DNA of 64,000 bases from an uncultured Acidobacteriaceae bacterium. GTDB lineage: Bacteria; Acidobacteriota; Terriglobia; Terriglobales; Acidobacteriaceae. A program made the translations under genes and the position numbers. Under the pieces are notes generated by a model. It saw nothing but the letters and a program-made list of their open reading frames with translations. It did not search any database and had not been told where the DNA came from. Of this stretch, positions 1-9,419 are shown one piece after another; the first letter of the stretch is position 1; each line of letters starts with the position of its first letter. The stretch is from positions 3,258,860 to 3,322,859 of the forward strand of contig OY969908.1 in the NCBI GenBank assembly GCA_963704415.1, read 5' to 3'.

Positions 1-1014
1 TGAGATGACCCAGAGCGTGAACTCGGTGCGCTGCTCGTCGTGCGTGTAGCGCGACTGCCGTGGGTCGCCCCATCCTGGATGAGGCATGAGCGCGCCTTCG
101 GGGAGCATGTCTTCATCGGGCCAGGCTCCCGGCTTGACGTAAGGCGCCCACTCTGCGAGTCGATCGAAGGCGTCGCGCACGCCAAAGGGGAACTCGCTCT
201 CGCCGGGTTTGTGCGGAGCGGACCAGACATCCCAATGGTCGTCCGAGATGCGCCACATCTGCGCGTATTTCGCGACCTCGGCCGCGTGCTCCAGCTGCGT
301 TGGACCCGGAGAAAGGCTGAGCAGGATAGGACGACCGCTCTTCTTGATGGCTTCCGCGATCTGGCGAATCTCGGTAATCCGATAAGGATGGTCGGAGATG
401 CAGTCGACCTTGATGTAGTCGAGACCCCATGAGGCGTAGAGCTTCATCATGGAGTCGTAGTAGGCCTGCCCGGCTTCGTTGTCGCGCACACCCCAGTTGC
501 CTTCGTCCCATGGGCACGGGGCGTCTTTATCGGCAGCATCCGCGGCGTGAAAACTGGAACCGGCAATGGGGAGATTCTGATCGACGACGCCGCGCGGAAT
601 GCCGCGCACGATGTGGATACCAAACTTGAGGCCTTGCGCGTGCACCCAGTCAGCGAGTGGCTTGAAGCCGGCTCCGTTGGCCGCGGAAGGAAACCGGTTG
701 GTCACGGGAATGAGAAGTCCGTTCGCATCCCAGACGTATTTGCGCGAGGCGACCGTGTCGGCGAACGGGTCCTGCATGTACCAGCCTTCGTCGATTACGG
801 AGTAATTCCAGCCGTACTGCTTCAAACCCGCGAGGACCGTCGTATTGGCGCGGTAATCGGTCTCGTCGATGGTCAGGCCGTAGGCGTCCCAGCTATTCCA
901 GCCCATCGGAGGCGTGGCCGCCAGCTTCTCGGCGCGCGCCGAACCCAGGCCCCAACCCCGGCCAAAGAGCAGGAGGAAAAGAATTAAAGCGCAAAACGAA
1001 GTGCGTTGAAACAT
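1..1014 (-). CDS. Glycoside hydrolase family 27 (alpha-galactosidase-like), 5' part; runs off the window start
   Basis: Absent from the ORF track. My minus-strand translation from ATG 1014 gives a signal peptide, then KLAATPPMGWNSWDAYG...VIDEGWY and later WPDEDMLP, which are GH27 hallmarks. The frame is still open at base 1. Confidence 0.85.
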   Translation of the reverse strand, partial: MFQRTSFCALILFLLLFGRGWGLGSARAEKLAATPPMGWNSWDAYGLTIDETDYRANTTVLAGLKQYGWNYSVIDEGWYMQDPFADTVASRKYVWDANGLLIPVTNRFPSAANGAGFKPLADWVHAQGLKFGIHIVRGIPRGVVDQNLPIAGSSFHAADAADKDAPCPWDEGNWGVRDNEAGQAYYDSMMKLYASWGLDYIKVDCISDHPYRITEIRQIAEAIKKSGRPILLSLSPGPTQLEHAAEVAKYAQMWRISDDHWDVWSAPHKPGESEFPFGVRDAFDRLAEWAPYVKPGAWPDEDMLPEGALMPHPGWGDPRQSRYTHDEQRTEFTLWVIS

Positions 1015-1196
1015 GCGGAAACATATACCACATTCGGCGCGTATTTGGCGGGCAGAGAGGAGCTTTGGAGTGCATTCTCAGAGACATGGCCGTGAATCAA
1101 GTGATGCGCCTCACGTCCAAATGGGCCTATAATGCTGTCGAATCAAATTAACAGCTGCCAGATGCCTTTGCGACACCTGCAACTGAGGAGAGTGTC

Positions 1197-1664
1197 ATGT
1201 TGAAGCCATTCCTGCTTATTTCCGCAGTGGCCTTGTTCTCGATCGCTCCGTCAACTGTTTCGGCAGCTCCGCCGCCCGCAGCTCCACTTCAAGATGCGGC
1301 CGCCAAAGGTTCCGCGAAGGTGACCGCTGACTCGCAAGCCAAAGCCAAGAAACTCTACGCCCGGGATTGCGCCCTGTGCCACGGAGATTCGGGAGACGGC
1401 AAGACCGATCTTGCGAAGGACATGCAACTCACGATGGTCGATTGGACCGATCCCAAGACGCTCGCGGACAGACAGGACCAGGAACTGTTCAAAATCATCC
1501 GCAACGGCAAAGACAAGATGCCTGCCGAAGACACAGGCAGGGCCAAGGATGATGAAGTGTGGAACTTGGTGATCTTTATCCGCGGGCTCAGTAAGGACCA
1601 TCCTGCGGCGCCCGCGCCCGCCACCCCGACAACAGCGACCACGGCTCCGGCTCCTGGCAATTAG
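1197..1664 (+). CDS. Periplasmic c-type cytochrome (single heme)
   Basis: Signal peptide, CALCH (CxxCH) heme motif, distal Met in KDKMP, Pro/Ala/Thr-rich tail; RBS GAGGAG upstream. Confidence 0.85.
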   Translation: MLKPFLLISAVALFSIAPSTVSAAPPPAAPLQDAAAKGSAKVTADSQAKAKKLYARDCALCHGDSGDGKTDLAKDMQLTMVDWTDPKTLADRQDQELFKIIRNGKDKMPAEDTGRAKDDEVWNLVIFIRGLSKDHPAAPAPATPTTATTAPAPGN

Positions 1665-1767
1665 CTCCGGTAGGTGCGTGCCCCATTCGCTCTGTTTGGT
1701 CCGCCCGCATAACGTGCTTGCGGCTTGAGGATAGGCACTTTCAGGAATTTGCAAACCGCACGACGCT

Positions 1768-1855
1768 GGGCGCCTCAAGTCCGGTTCCCCGGCGACAGGT
1801 TTTTGGTCGCTGGAGTGGATGTTTTGCTTTTGAGACATGGGAAAGCAACGAACCC
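1768..1855. repeat. REP-like composite repeat, copy 1
   Basis: Core hairpin CCGGTTCCCCGGCGACAGGTTTTTGGTCGCTGGAGTGG (1781-1818) followed by TGGGAAAGCA. It resembles the reverse complements of 5078-5158 and 10770-10807 and lies between convergent genes. Confidence 0.6.
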
Positions 1856-1883
1856 AACCCACCGGGGGCCGCCCACCGTGTGA

Positions 1884-2321
1884 TCAGAGCGGATGGATGA
1901 TTGTGGCTCCCCATACGTCGGGGCTAAGGTCGCGCGCGTGGCGAGAGAAGAGCCACCGATGGCCTTCAAGGTCTTCGGCGGCATATTGGAACTCGCCGTA
2001 GACCGTCTCGTGCGGCTCCTCCAAAATGCGGGCGCCCGCGCGGCTGGCGCGAGCATGATGGCCCTCCACATCTTCCAGGAAGACCGAAAGGCTCTGCGTG
2101 CCAAATCCCAGCTCAAGGGGATTTCGATAGCCCGGCTTGCCTGCGGACACCATGACCCAGGCATTCGCGAAGCGCCCTTGCGCGCCCGAAAGCGGATCGC
2201 CGTACCGATAATGCTCGACGAATCCAAACGCTCGTGTCAGCCATTCGATCGCTGCACCGAGATCTTTGTAGACGACGTGAGGAAGGACTACATCCGTGAG
2301 TACAGAGCGATTGCGAATCAT
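1884..2321 (-). CDS. VOC/glyoxalase/bleomycin-resistance family protein
   Basis: VVLPHVVYKDLGAAIEWLTRAFGF...GARILEEPHETVYGEFQYAAEDLEGHRWLF. Start trimmed to ATG 2321 because the upstream extension runs through the parS sites. Confidence 0.85.
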   Translation of the reverse strand: MIRNRSVLTDVVLPHVVYKDLGAAIEWLTRAFGFVEHYRYGDPLSGAQGRFANAWVMVSAGKPGYRNPLELGFGTQSLSVFLEDVEGHHARASRAGARILEEPHETVYGEFQYAAEDLEGHRWLFSRHARDLSPDVWGATIIHPL

Positions 2322-2427
2322 GGCGCCAGCATACCTCTGTTCGAGCTTCACAGACTGGCTTTTCGCGATTACACGTCCACGAAAGAGTACGAAAATGGCG
2401 CCGATCTTATGTATCCGCCAACACAAT

Positions 2428-2443
2428 TGTTCCACGTGGAACA
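2428..2443. promoter_or_regulatory. parS: parS site (ParB-binding centromere-like palindrome)
   Basis: Perfect palindrome TGTTCCACGTGGAACA, extending to 18 bp (2427-2444); matches the bacterial parS consensus. Confidence 0.85.
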
Positions 2444-2512
2444 ACTTCGGGGACTGGCCGTCCAGGCAAAAGCTTCGCATGGCGACCCGCAACCGCCTCG
2501 ATCACCCAAAAC

Positions 2513-2528
2513 TATTCCACGTGGAACA
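2513..2528. promoter_or_regulatory. parS: parS site, second copy with one mismatch
   Basis: TATTCCACGTGGAACA, starting 85 bp after the first site. Confidence 0.75.
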
Positions 2529-2622
2529 ATTTGAGTGCTTCAGAACAATCCTTCGCCATTCAGCGCGAAGCCGCTGCCTGGACGGCTAGTCCCCGTGCGA
2601 TAAGCTGATCCGGGGGGTATCG

Positions 2623-3945
2623 ATGCGATTGCGCGCTTGGGGCCGTGCGGTTTTCAGCGGATGTCTGCTGTTTCTGGGGCTGGCGCTCGGGCAAGCGTTT
2701 GCTGCCGGCCAGAATGTCTCGGCGCATGCGGCCCTGCCGGTCATTCACGTCGACAACGGGCCGAATTCAGAAGCAGCGCAAAAGGCACATTACGTCGTGC
2801 TGGTTTCGCTTGACGGCTTTCGCTGGGACTATGCCAAGCGCGATGGCGCAACCCATTTGCTGGCTCTCGGTAAACAAGGCGTCTGGGCGCCCGAAGGCAT
2901 GTTACCGAGTTTTCCATCGCTGACATTTCCCAACCACTTCACCATCGTGACGGGCTTGTATCCGGAGCACCACGGGCTGGTTGCGAACAGTTTCTACGAT
3001 CCGGCGAAGCAGGCGCACTATGCGATCAACGACCCGGCTGCGGTGACCGATGGAAGCTGGTATAGCGGCACACCGTTGTGGAGTCTCGCCGAGAGCCAGG
3101 GAATGCGCTCGGCGTGTTTCTTCTGGCCCGGCTCGGAAGCGAAGATTGCGGGATTTCGGCCGACCTATTATTTGCGCTTCGACAATAAGATTGACGACGA
3201 CGCGCGCATCGAGCAGGTGCTTGCGTGGCTGCGTTTGCCGCCCGCCGATCGGCCGCATTTCATCACACTTTATTACGCCGAGCCGGATCACGAAGGGCAC
3301 GAATTCGGCCCCGATGCGCCAGAGACAAAAGCCGCTGTCGTCAAAGTGGACAACCTTGTCGGCAAGCTGAAAGAAGGGCTCGACGCGACCGGTCTGCCCA
3401 TCGATTTGGTAGTCGTGAGCGATCACGGGATGGCAAAAGTGCAGGGAAGTTGGCTCACATTGGACCAGTTTGCCGACCTCACGGGATTCGAAACGGCCGG
3501 CTCGCTTTTGTACGCGAAGACCGAGGAAGACACAGCGCGCGTTTATAACCAGTTGAAAAAAGCGTCCCCACAGTTCGTTGTGTATAGACGCAAGGATGTG
3601 CCGGGAGAACTCAACTTCCGCGACAATCCGCGCGAAGGAGATCCAGTCGTGATTGCAACGGGTCCGTTCATCATTCGCGCGCATGGTCCGCCTGCGGGCA
3701 AGCAGGAATCGGCTCCCCCCGTCGGCATGCACGGTTACGATCCGCGTAAGATGCCGGAGATGAAGGCGAGTTTTTATGCCGCGGGTCCGGACATTCTCCC
3801 CGGTCACACCGTGCGGCCATTTGAGAACGTCAACTTATATCCATGGCTCGCCCATTTGCTCGGACTGACTCCCCCGAAATCCGATGGAAGCCTGAACGTG
3901 CTGGCTGGAACGCTGCGCGACGGCGGCGGCGAGCCCGCGAATTAA
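2623..3945 (+). CDS. Ectonucleotide pyrophosphatase/phosphodiesterase (alkaline phosphatase superfamily)
   Basis: Signal peptide; VSLDGFRWDY, FPSLTFPNHFTIVTGLYPEHHG, PDHEGH, VSDHGM, GMHGYD motifs. Confidence 0.9.
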   Translation: MRLRAWGRAVFSGCLLFLGLALGQAFAAGQNVSAHAALPVIHVDNGPNSEAAQKAHYVVLVSLDGFRWDYAKRDGATHLLALGKQGVWAPEGMLPSFPSLTFPNHFTIVTGLYPEHHGLVANSFYDPAKQAHYAINDPAAVTDGSWYSGTPLWSLAESQGMRSACFFWPGSEAKIAGFRPTYYLRFDNKIDDDARIEQVLAWLRLPPADRPHFITLYYAEPDHEGHEFGPDAPETKAAVVKVDNLVGKLKEGLDATGLPIDLVVVSDHGMAKVQGSWLTLDQFADLTGFETAGSLLYAKTEEDTARVYNQLKKASPQFVVYRRKDVPGELNFRDNPREGDPVVIATGPFIIRAHGPPAGKQESAPPVGMHGYDPRKMPEMKASFYAAGPDILPGHTVRPFENVNLYPWLAHLLGLTPPKSDGSLNVLAGTLRDGGGEPAN

Positions 3946-4057
3946 AGCGTTCTCGATTCACTTGTTGACATCGCCGTCATCGTGCAGGGTGGTTTTTTCT
4001 TGAGAGAAAAGCCACTCGGCCCTTCCGGTTTCTGTAAAGGGCAGAATCGAACCGTTA
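3943..4057 (+). mobile_element. MITE-like palindromic repeat, copy A (degenerate)
   Basis: Starts in the TAA stop (TAAAGCGTTCTCGA), ends TCGAACCGTTA, central palindrome GTGGTTTTTTCTTGAGAGAAAAGCCAC; aligns with 16037-16148. Confidence 0.55.
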
Positions 4058-4099
4058 TCGCGGGAGCCTCAGATCGATGAACGTAAGGTTGGAAACGTT

Positions 4100-5023
4100 A
4101 TGTTAGGCAACATAGTCTTAGGGATTGACGGCGGTGGCACGCGCACGCGCGCTTCCATTGTCGAGGGCGAGAAGGTTCTCGCCTTTGCCGAGAACGGGTC
4201 GATCAAGCGCTTGCGCGTGGGCGTCGAGGTTGCAGATACCAACCTGCGCGCACTCCTCAAAGAAGTATTTGCGCAATCGGGTGTGAAAGGCGTGCGTGCT
4301 GCTTCGGTAGGCGTCGCCAGTTCCAAGATGCCGGGCGTGGCGGAATGGATCCACGGGGTACTGCAGGAATTGGGCGTGATGCGGGTTGAAATTGTCGGCG
4401 ATGAAGTCATCGCTCTCGACGGGGCTTTCAAAGGTGGTCCGGGCATTCTGCAGATCGCCGGCACGGGTTCAAATTGCATTGGCAGGGCTCCAGACGGCAG
4501 CCGCGAGAGTGCCGGCGGATGGAGTTCGCGGCTCGGCGATGAAGGCTCGGGCTATTGGATCGGGCTGCATGCGGTTCGACGCGCCTTGAAGGCTTATGAC
4601 CGCGAAGAACCGACCCGCGTTCTTCAGGCAGTCGGACGCATCTGGGGAACGACCACAATTGATGAGCTGGTGAATGTGGGCGACGGCACACCGGGGCCGG
4701 ACTTTGCGGCATTGGCGCCGAGCATCAGCAAACTGGCCGAAGAAGGCGATCTCGTTGCAGCAGGGGTGATGGCGCAGGCTGCTTCAGACCTTGTTGATTC
4801 TGTATTACTTGTCCGCGCGAAGTTGCGACGCAAACATCAGCTTACCGCGGAGGTTCCTGTGGCGTGGATCGGCAGTGTGATTGGCAAGGCGCGGCTTGTG
4901 CGCGAACCGTTCTTCGCCGGATTGCGCGCTGCGTCTCCCGATATGCCAATCTGCGAGAGAGAGGTCGCGGGCATTGAAGGGGCGATCTGGCGCGCGCAAC
5001 GGCTGGCGGAAAAGTCCAGCTAG
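4100..5023 (+). CDS. N-acetylglucosamine/sugar kinase, BadF/BadG/BcrA/BcrD type
   Basis: LGIDGGGTRT, IAGTGSNC, GGWSSRLGDEGSGYWIG motifs; convergent with nagA. Confidence 0.85.
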   Translation: MLGNIVLGIDGGGTRTRASIVEGEKVLAFAENGSIKRLRVGVEVADTNLRALLKEVFAQSGVKGVRAASVGVASSKMPGVAEWIHGVLQELGVMRVEIVGDEVIALDGAFKGGPGILQIAGTGSNCIGRAPDGSRESAGGWSSRLGDEGSGYWIGLHAVRRALKAYDREEPTRVLQAVGRIWGTTTIDELVNVGDGTPGPDFAALAPSISKLAEEGDLVAAGVMAQAASDLVDSVLLVRAKLRRKHQLTAEVPVAWIGSVIGKARLVREPFFAGLRAASPDMPICEREVAGIEGAIWRAQRLAEKSS

Positions 5024-5077
5024 CTCAAGATGACAGCCGTTATCCGCTGCGCTTCGCTCGAGAGGACGGTGGCTGGC

Positions 5078-5158
5078 GGGATTTGTGCTTTCCCACCCTC
5101 GACCACCCCCGAACATGAACCTGTTTGCGGGGACTCAGGGAGCTAGGATGGGGCACCC
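5078..5158. repeat. REP-like composite repeat, copy 2
   Basis: GTGCTTTCCCACCC...CCACCCCCGAACATGAACCTGTTTGCGGGGACTCAGG...GATGGGGCACCC, between convergent genes. Confidence 0.6.
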
Positions 5159-5188
5159 AAAGTTTTCAGCGCTCCATGCCAAGATTTT

Positions 5189-6352
5189 CTAGGAAACGGA
5201 AGTTGGCTGGCCGCCGATGATTGATCCGAGGAGATGTCCCGCTGCGTTCACGGCCACGAGATCCGCGGATTGACCGACCGCAATGGAACCGGTTCTACCT
5301 GCGAGGCCCGTCATCGCCGCTGGATTGGCCGTCATCAGGCGTACGCCTTGCTCCGCAGTCCCGCCAGTGAACCGGACAAAATTCGCCAGCGCGCGATCGA
5401 GTGTGAGCACACTGCCGGCCAGTACGCCGTTGGCTGTGGCACGGCCATTCTCCACCTGCACGGCGAAACCACCAAGCTTGTATTCGCCGTCGGGCATACC
5501 GGCAGCACTCATCGCGTCGGTCACGAGGATTGCCCGCTCGGGACCCTTGGCGTTCCACCAGAGCTTCACCATTTCAGGCGCGTTGTGGATGCCGTCGCAG
5601 ATGATTTCGGCGAAAAGAGAATCCGTGGTGAGCACGGTGCCGAGTATGCCGGGCTCGCGATGATCGAGCACGCGCATGGCGTTGAAGGTGTGCGTGGCGC
5701 TCACTGCGCCGGCGTCAATGGCTGCATGTGTTTCGGCTGACGTTGCGTTCGAGTGGCCGACGGAGATGCGCACGCCGCGCGATGTCGCGTGGGCTGCGAG
5801 TTCGGTGGCGCCCGGCAGTTCAGGAGCAAGTGTCATCAAGCGTACATTGCCCTCGGCTGCGTCGTAGAGCCTGTCAAAGGTTGCAATGTCCGGCGTGAGC
5901 AGATGAGCGGCCGGCTGCACGCCGCGTTTTGCGTGCGAGAGAAAAGGCCCTTCCAGATGAATGCCAATGGGACGTGCGCAACCGGCGACTGGTGGTTGTG
6001 CGATCAACTTTGCGAGCCCGGCGACCGCTTTCAGGGTGGCATCGAGCGCCGCGGTGACTGTGGTGGCGAGAAAACTGCCTGTCCCCCTTGTCGCCAAAAA
6101 CGTGCTGATCGCGCCGATCGCGGCTGGTGTCGCTTCCATCACGTCGTGCCCGGCGGCGCCGTGGAAGTGGACGTCAAAAAACGCCGGAGCGATCAATGCG
6201 CCGGGAAAATCAAGAACCTGCGCACCGGTTGGTGCGGCGGTGGACTCCTGGCTTGCGATGGATTGAATGTGTCCGTCTTCGACTGTGACGATTGGACGAT
6301 GGATGAAGCTGCTCCCATCCCAGAGTCTTTCCGCGGTGACTACCAAACCCAT
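5189..6352 (-). CDS. nagA: N-acetylglucosamine-6-phosphate deacetylase
   Basis: PAFFDVHFHG, GIHLEGPFL, TLAPE, GHS, HTFNAM, ICDGIH, LVTDAM, LAGSVLTL motifs. Confidence 0.95.
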   Translation of the reverse strand: MGLVVTAERLWDGSSFIHRPIVTVEDGHIQSIASQESTAAPTGAQVLDFPGALIAPAFFDVHFHGAAGHDVMEATPAAIGAISTFLATRGTGSFLATTVTAALDATLKAVAGLAKLIAQPPVAGCARPIGIHLEGPFLSHAKRGVQPAAHLLTPDIATFDRLYDAAEGNVRLMTLAPELPGATELAAHATSRGVRISVGHSNATSAETHAAIDAGAVSATHTFNAMRVLDHREPGILGTVLTTDSLFAEIICDGIHNAPEMVKLWWNAKGPERAILVTDAMSAAGMPDGEYKLGGFAVQVENGRATANGVLAGSVLTLDRALANFVRFTGGTAEQGVRLMTANPAAMTGLAGRTGSIAVGQSADLVAVNAAGHLLGSIIGGQPTSVS

Positions 6353-6475
6353 ACGGTTCATTATTGCAGGCGGCCACGGAGAGGCAGGTAGAGCGGCTCT
6401 GTTGAGTCCGCATGGCGCGTTGGTTGTAACATTTGTGTGACATGGAACGGGGACGCCCCTGCTATCGTTTTAGCC

Positions 6476-9310
6476 ATGTTCATCAAAGCTCCGATGATCC
6501 TCTTCCCGATGGCTGTGGTACTGATTGCCAGCCAACTCGCTGCCCAAACGCGTGATCTGCCTACCAGCAAGCAACTGATCGAGCCCGTTCCGGGCGCTCC
6601 CAAGAAGATCAACAGTCTACCGATGTCGATTGCGGTTTCACCGGACAAGCGCTACGTAGTCACGGTGAATGCGGGCTTCGGTACGGCGGAATCGAACTAC
6701 GATCAATCGCTCGCGGTTCTGGATACACAGACGGGCCAGATTACGGATTTTCCCGATGCGCGCACGCTGATCCGGATGAAGCAGACGCTGTATTCCGGAC
6801 TCGCTTTCAGCCACGATGGCACGCACATCTACGCGAGTATCGGGTCGCTGACGGATCCACAAGGCACCGGCAAGGACGACACAGGCAGCGGGATTATTGT
6901 GTATGGATTCGCAGCGGGCAGAGTGACGCCGGAGAGGATCATTCGCCTGCCGCTCGAAAAGCTCGCGCCCGGACACGTCACGCGACTAATAGGAGAGAAG
7001 GACGGCGACCAGGGAGTGCCGTTTCCTGCGGCCATCGAGGTGATCGGTTCGGCGGAAGCGGAGAAACTGCTGGTGGCCGAGAACTACTCCGATGATGCGC
7101 TGTTACTGGACGCGGCGAGCGGCGCAATCGAGCATCGCTTCGATCTGGCGGAGAGCGATGCTGTGCCGTCGACCTATCCAGGCGCGCTGGCTCTTTCACA
7201 GGACGGGCATCGAGCCTTTGTCGCGCTATGGAATGCGTCAGAGATCGTGGAACTGGATCTCACAAAGAATGAAGTAGGCCGCAAGCTGGCGCTACTAAAG
7301 CCCACGAATCCGGTTGCGGCGAGCACGCATCCATGCGCCTTTGCGCTCGCGCCGGACGGTAAGACGCTCTACGTCGCGCTGGCGAATCGCGATTCTGTTG
7401 CGGCCATCAACGTGGGCGGGGATGAGTTCGCTGTAAAGGGCTACTTTGACACGCGGTTGCCGGGGCAAAGTTATTTTGGCGCCGAACCGATTGCGGTGGC
7501 ATTGAATGGCACTGGAAGCAGGCTGTACGTGGCCAATATGGCAAGCGACGCCGTTGCGGTGATCGATCCGCACAAGCTGACGGCGAAGGCCGGGCGCGAA
7601 GGGATGGTGGAGCCGATCGGATTTGTTCCCACTGAGTGGCTCCCGTTTTCGCTGGCCTTTCTGTCTTCGTCTGACGGGGGAAAGCTCTACGTCGCGACTG
7701 GGAAAGGGAAGGGAACCGGGCCCAACAACATGCCGCAGCCGGTGACGGAGAGTTCCCAGAGCATTCATATGCGAAGGCCGTCAACTTATATCGGGACGCT
7801 GCTGTATGGGTCGCTGGCTGCGATGGATGAAGCGAACATCGAGAAGAATCTGCCGGAATGGACAGATGAGGTATTGCGCTCGAATCGCATGAAGGCGGCA
7901 GCGGAAAAGATTCAGTTTGCGGGATCGCCGGAGAGCCGCATCAAGCACGTCATTTACATCATCAAGGAAAACCGCACCTACGACCAAGTGCTCGGCGATT
8001 TGCAGCAGAACGGGAAGCCGGTGGGCAACGGCGACCCGAGCATCACCATGTATGGCGCGACTGTGACCCCGAATATTCACAAGCTGGCGCTGCAGTTCGG
8101 CGTACTCGACAATTTTTTTGATTCCGGCGAAGTCTCCGGCGATGGCCATGTTTGGTCGAATGCGGCCATTGGATCCGATTACCTGGAGAAGACGTGGCAG
8201 CAGTCGTACCGCGGGGGCCAGCGCTTCTACGACTTTGAAGGTGTGGTGGCTGCAGGATATCCGCTCCTGCAGAAAATTCCCGACGTGAATGAGCCGACGA
8301 GCGGCTACTTGTGGGGCGATCTCGCAGCGCACGGCAAAACGTATTACCACTTCGGCGAATTCATCTCGTCGGTTTTTTGCGACGAAGCCGCTGCGAGCAA
8401 TCCGCAACTGGGGCCAATGTTGAAGGGGCGCAGCTGCGCGCACAAGGCTGTGGCGCCCGGGGAGACCTTGCCGGCCGAGTGGGGCGGCGGGGTGAACAAG
8501 TGGCCGTGGCCGATTCCGATGATCGCGGCGAACACGGCGACGAAGCCGGAACTTGTAGGGCATTTTGCCGAGGAGGCGCCGGACTTCAACCTGGCAATTC
8601 CCGACCAGATTCGGGTCGATATCTTCATGCGGCATCTGCAGGGTTGGGTCGCCGACAAGCAACAGGGCAAAGACACGATGCCCAACTTTGTGATGTTGCG
8701 CATCCCCAACGACCACACGGCCGGAACCCGCCCCGGTGGGCCGACGCCGAAGGCTTCAGTTGCCGACAACGACTTGGCAGTGGGCCGCGCTGTGGAAGCA
8801 ATTTCGCATTCGCCGTTCTGGGACGATACGGCGTTTTTCATTCTGGAGGATGATGCGCAGGACGGCGGCGATCATGTGGATGCGCACCGCAGCTATGCAC
8901 TGGTCATCAGCAAATACGCCCCTCAAGGACCCGATGGCGGGGCATTTGTCGACAGCCATTTCTATTCGACGGTGAGCGTGGTACGGACGATGGAGTCGTT
9001 GCTGGGGCTGCCGCCGATGAACAACAACGATGCTTTCAGTTCGCTGATTTCGAGCGAATTTACTGGTCCCGGCGATCAGGCGCCGTTTGTTGCCGATACG
9101 TCCAATCGCGACAACAACCTGATCTACACCGCGAATGAAAAGCGAGCGCCGGGAGCGAGTGAAAGCATGAAGATGGATTTCCGCCATGCCGATCGCGCCG
9201 ACGCACAAAAGCTGAACGTGATCCTGTGGAAGGATGCCATGGGCGATGCGCCAGTGCCGACGCTGTTGACACAGCACAGAGCGAAGGCGCGTCGGGATGA
9301 CGACGACTAA
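6476..9310 (+). CDS. Secreted YncE-like beta-propeller fused to a phosphoesterase/alkaline-phosphatase-like domain
   Basis: Signal peptide, repeated propeller motifs (IAVSPDKRY, LALSQDG, ALAPDGKTLYVA), C-terminal IKHVIYIIKENRTYDQVLGD...EDDAQDGGDHVDAHRS. Confidence 0.8.
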   Translation: MFIKAPMILFPMAVVLIASQLAAQTRDLPTSKQLIEPVPGAPKKINSLPMSIAVSPDKRYVVTVNAGFGTAESNYDQSLAVLDTQTGQITDFPDARTLIRMKQTLYSGLAFSHDGTHIYASIGSLTDPQGTGKDDTGSGIIVYGFAAGRVTPERIIRLPLEKLAPGHVTRLIGEKDGDQGVPFPAAIEVIGSAEAEKLLVAENYSDDALLLDAASGAIEHRFDLAESDAVPSTYPGALALSQDGHRAFVALWNASEIVELDLTKNEVGRKLALLKPTNPVAASTHPCAFALAPDGKTLYVALANRDSVAAINVGGDEFAVKGYFDTRLPGQSYFGAEPIAVALNGTGSRLYVANMASDAVAVIDPHKLTAKAGREGMVEPIGFVPTEWLPFSLAFLSSSDGGKLYVATGKGKGTGPNNMPQPVTESSQSIHMRRPSTYIGTLLYGSLAAMDEANIEKNLPEWTDEVLRSNRMKAAAEKIQFAGSPESRIKHVIYIIKENRTYDQVLGDLQQNGKPVGNGDPSITMYGATVTPNIHKLALQFGVLDNFFDSGEVSGDGHVWSNAAIGSDYLEKTWQQSYRGGQRFYDFEGVVAAGYPLLQKIPDVNEPTSGYLWGDLAAHGKTYYHFGEFISSVFCDEAAASNPQLGPMLKGRSCAHKAVAPGETLPAEWGGGVNKWPWPIPMIAANTATKPELVGHFAEEAPDFNLAIPDQIRVDIFMRHLQGWVADKQQGKDTMPNFVMLRIPNDHTAGTRPGGPTPKASVADNDLAVGRAVEAISHSPFWDDTAFFILEDDAQDGGDHVDAHRSYALVISKYAPQGPDGGAFVDSHFYSTVSVVRTMESLLGLPPMNNNDAFSSLISSEFTGPGDQAPFVADTSNRDNNLIYTANEKRAPGASESMKMDFRHADRADAQKLNVILWKDAMGDAPVPTLLTQHRAKARRDDDD

Positions 9311-9419
9311 ATTCCGCTAGTTCGAGTGAACTTCAATTTCTAGAAAATCCTTGGCCGTCCACCTGATTCTGTCCGTGTATGGTTGTATGCGGCAGAATTC
9401 TCGATGTCCGGAGGGATAT

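Noticed and set aside
893-1087. 64-aa minus ORF and the plus-strand ORFs at 40-987
   Set aside because: The real gene is the GH27 in another minus frame (ATG 1014); these ORFs are shadows.
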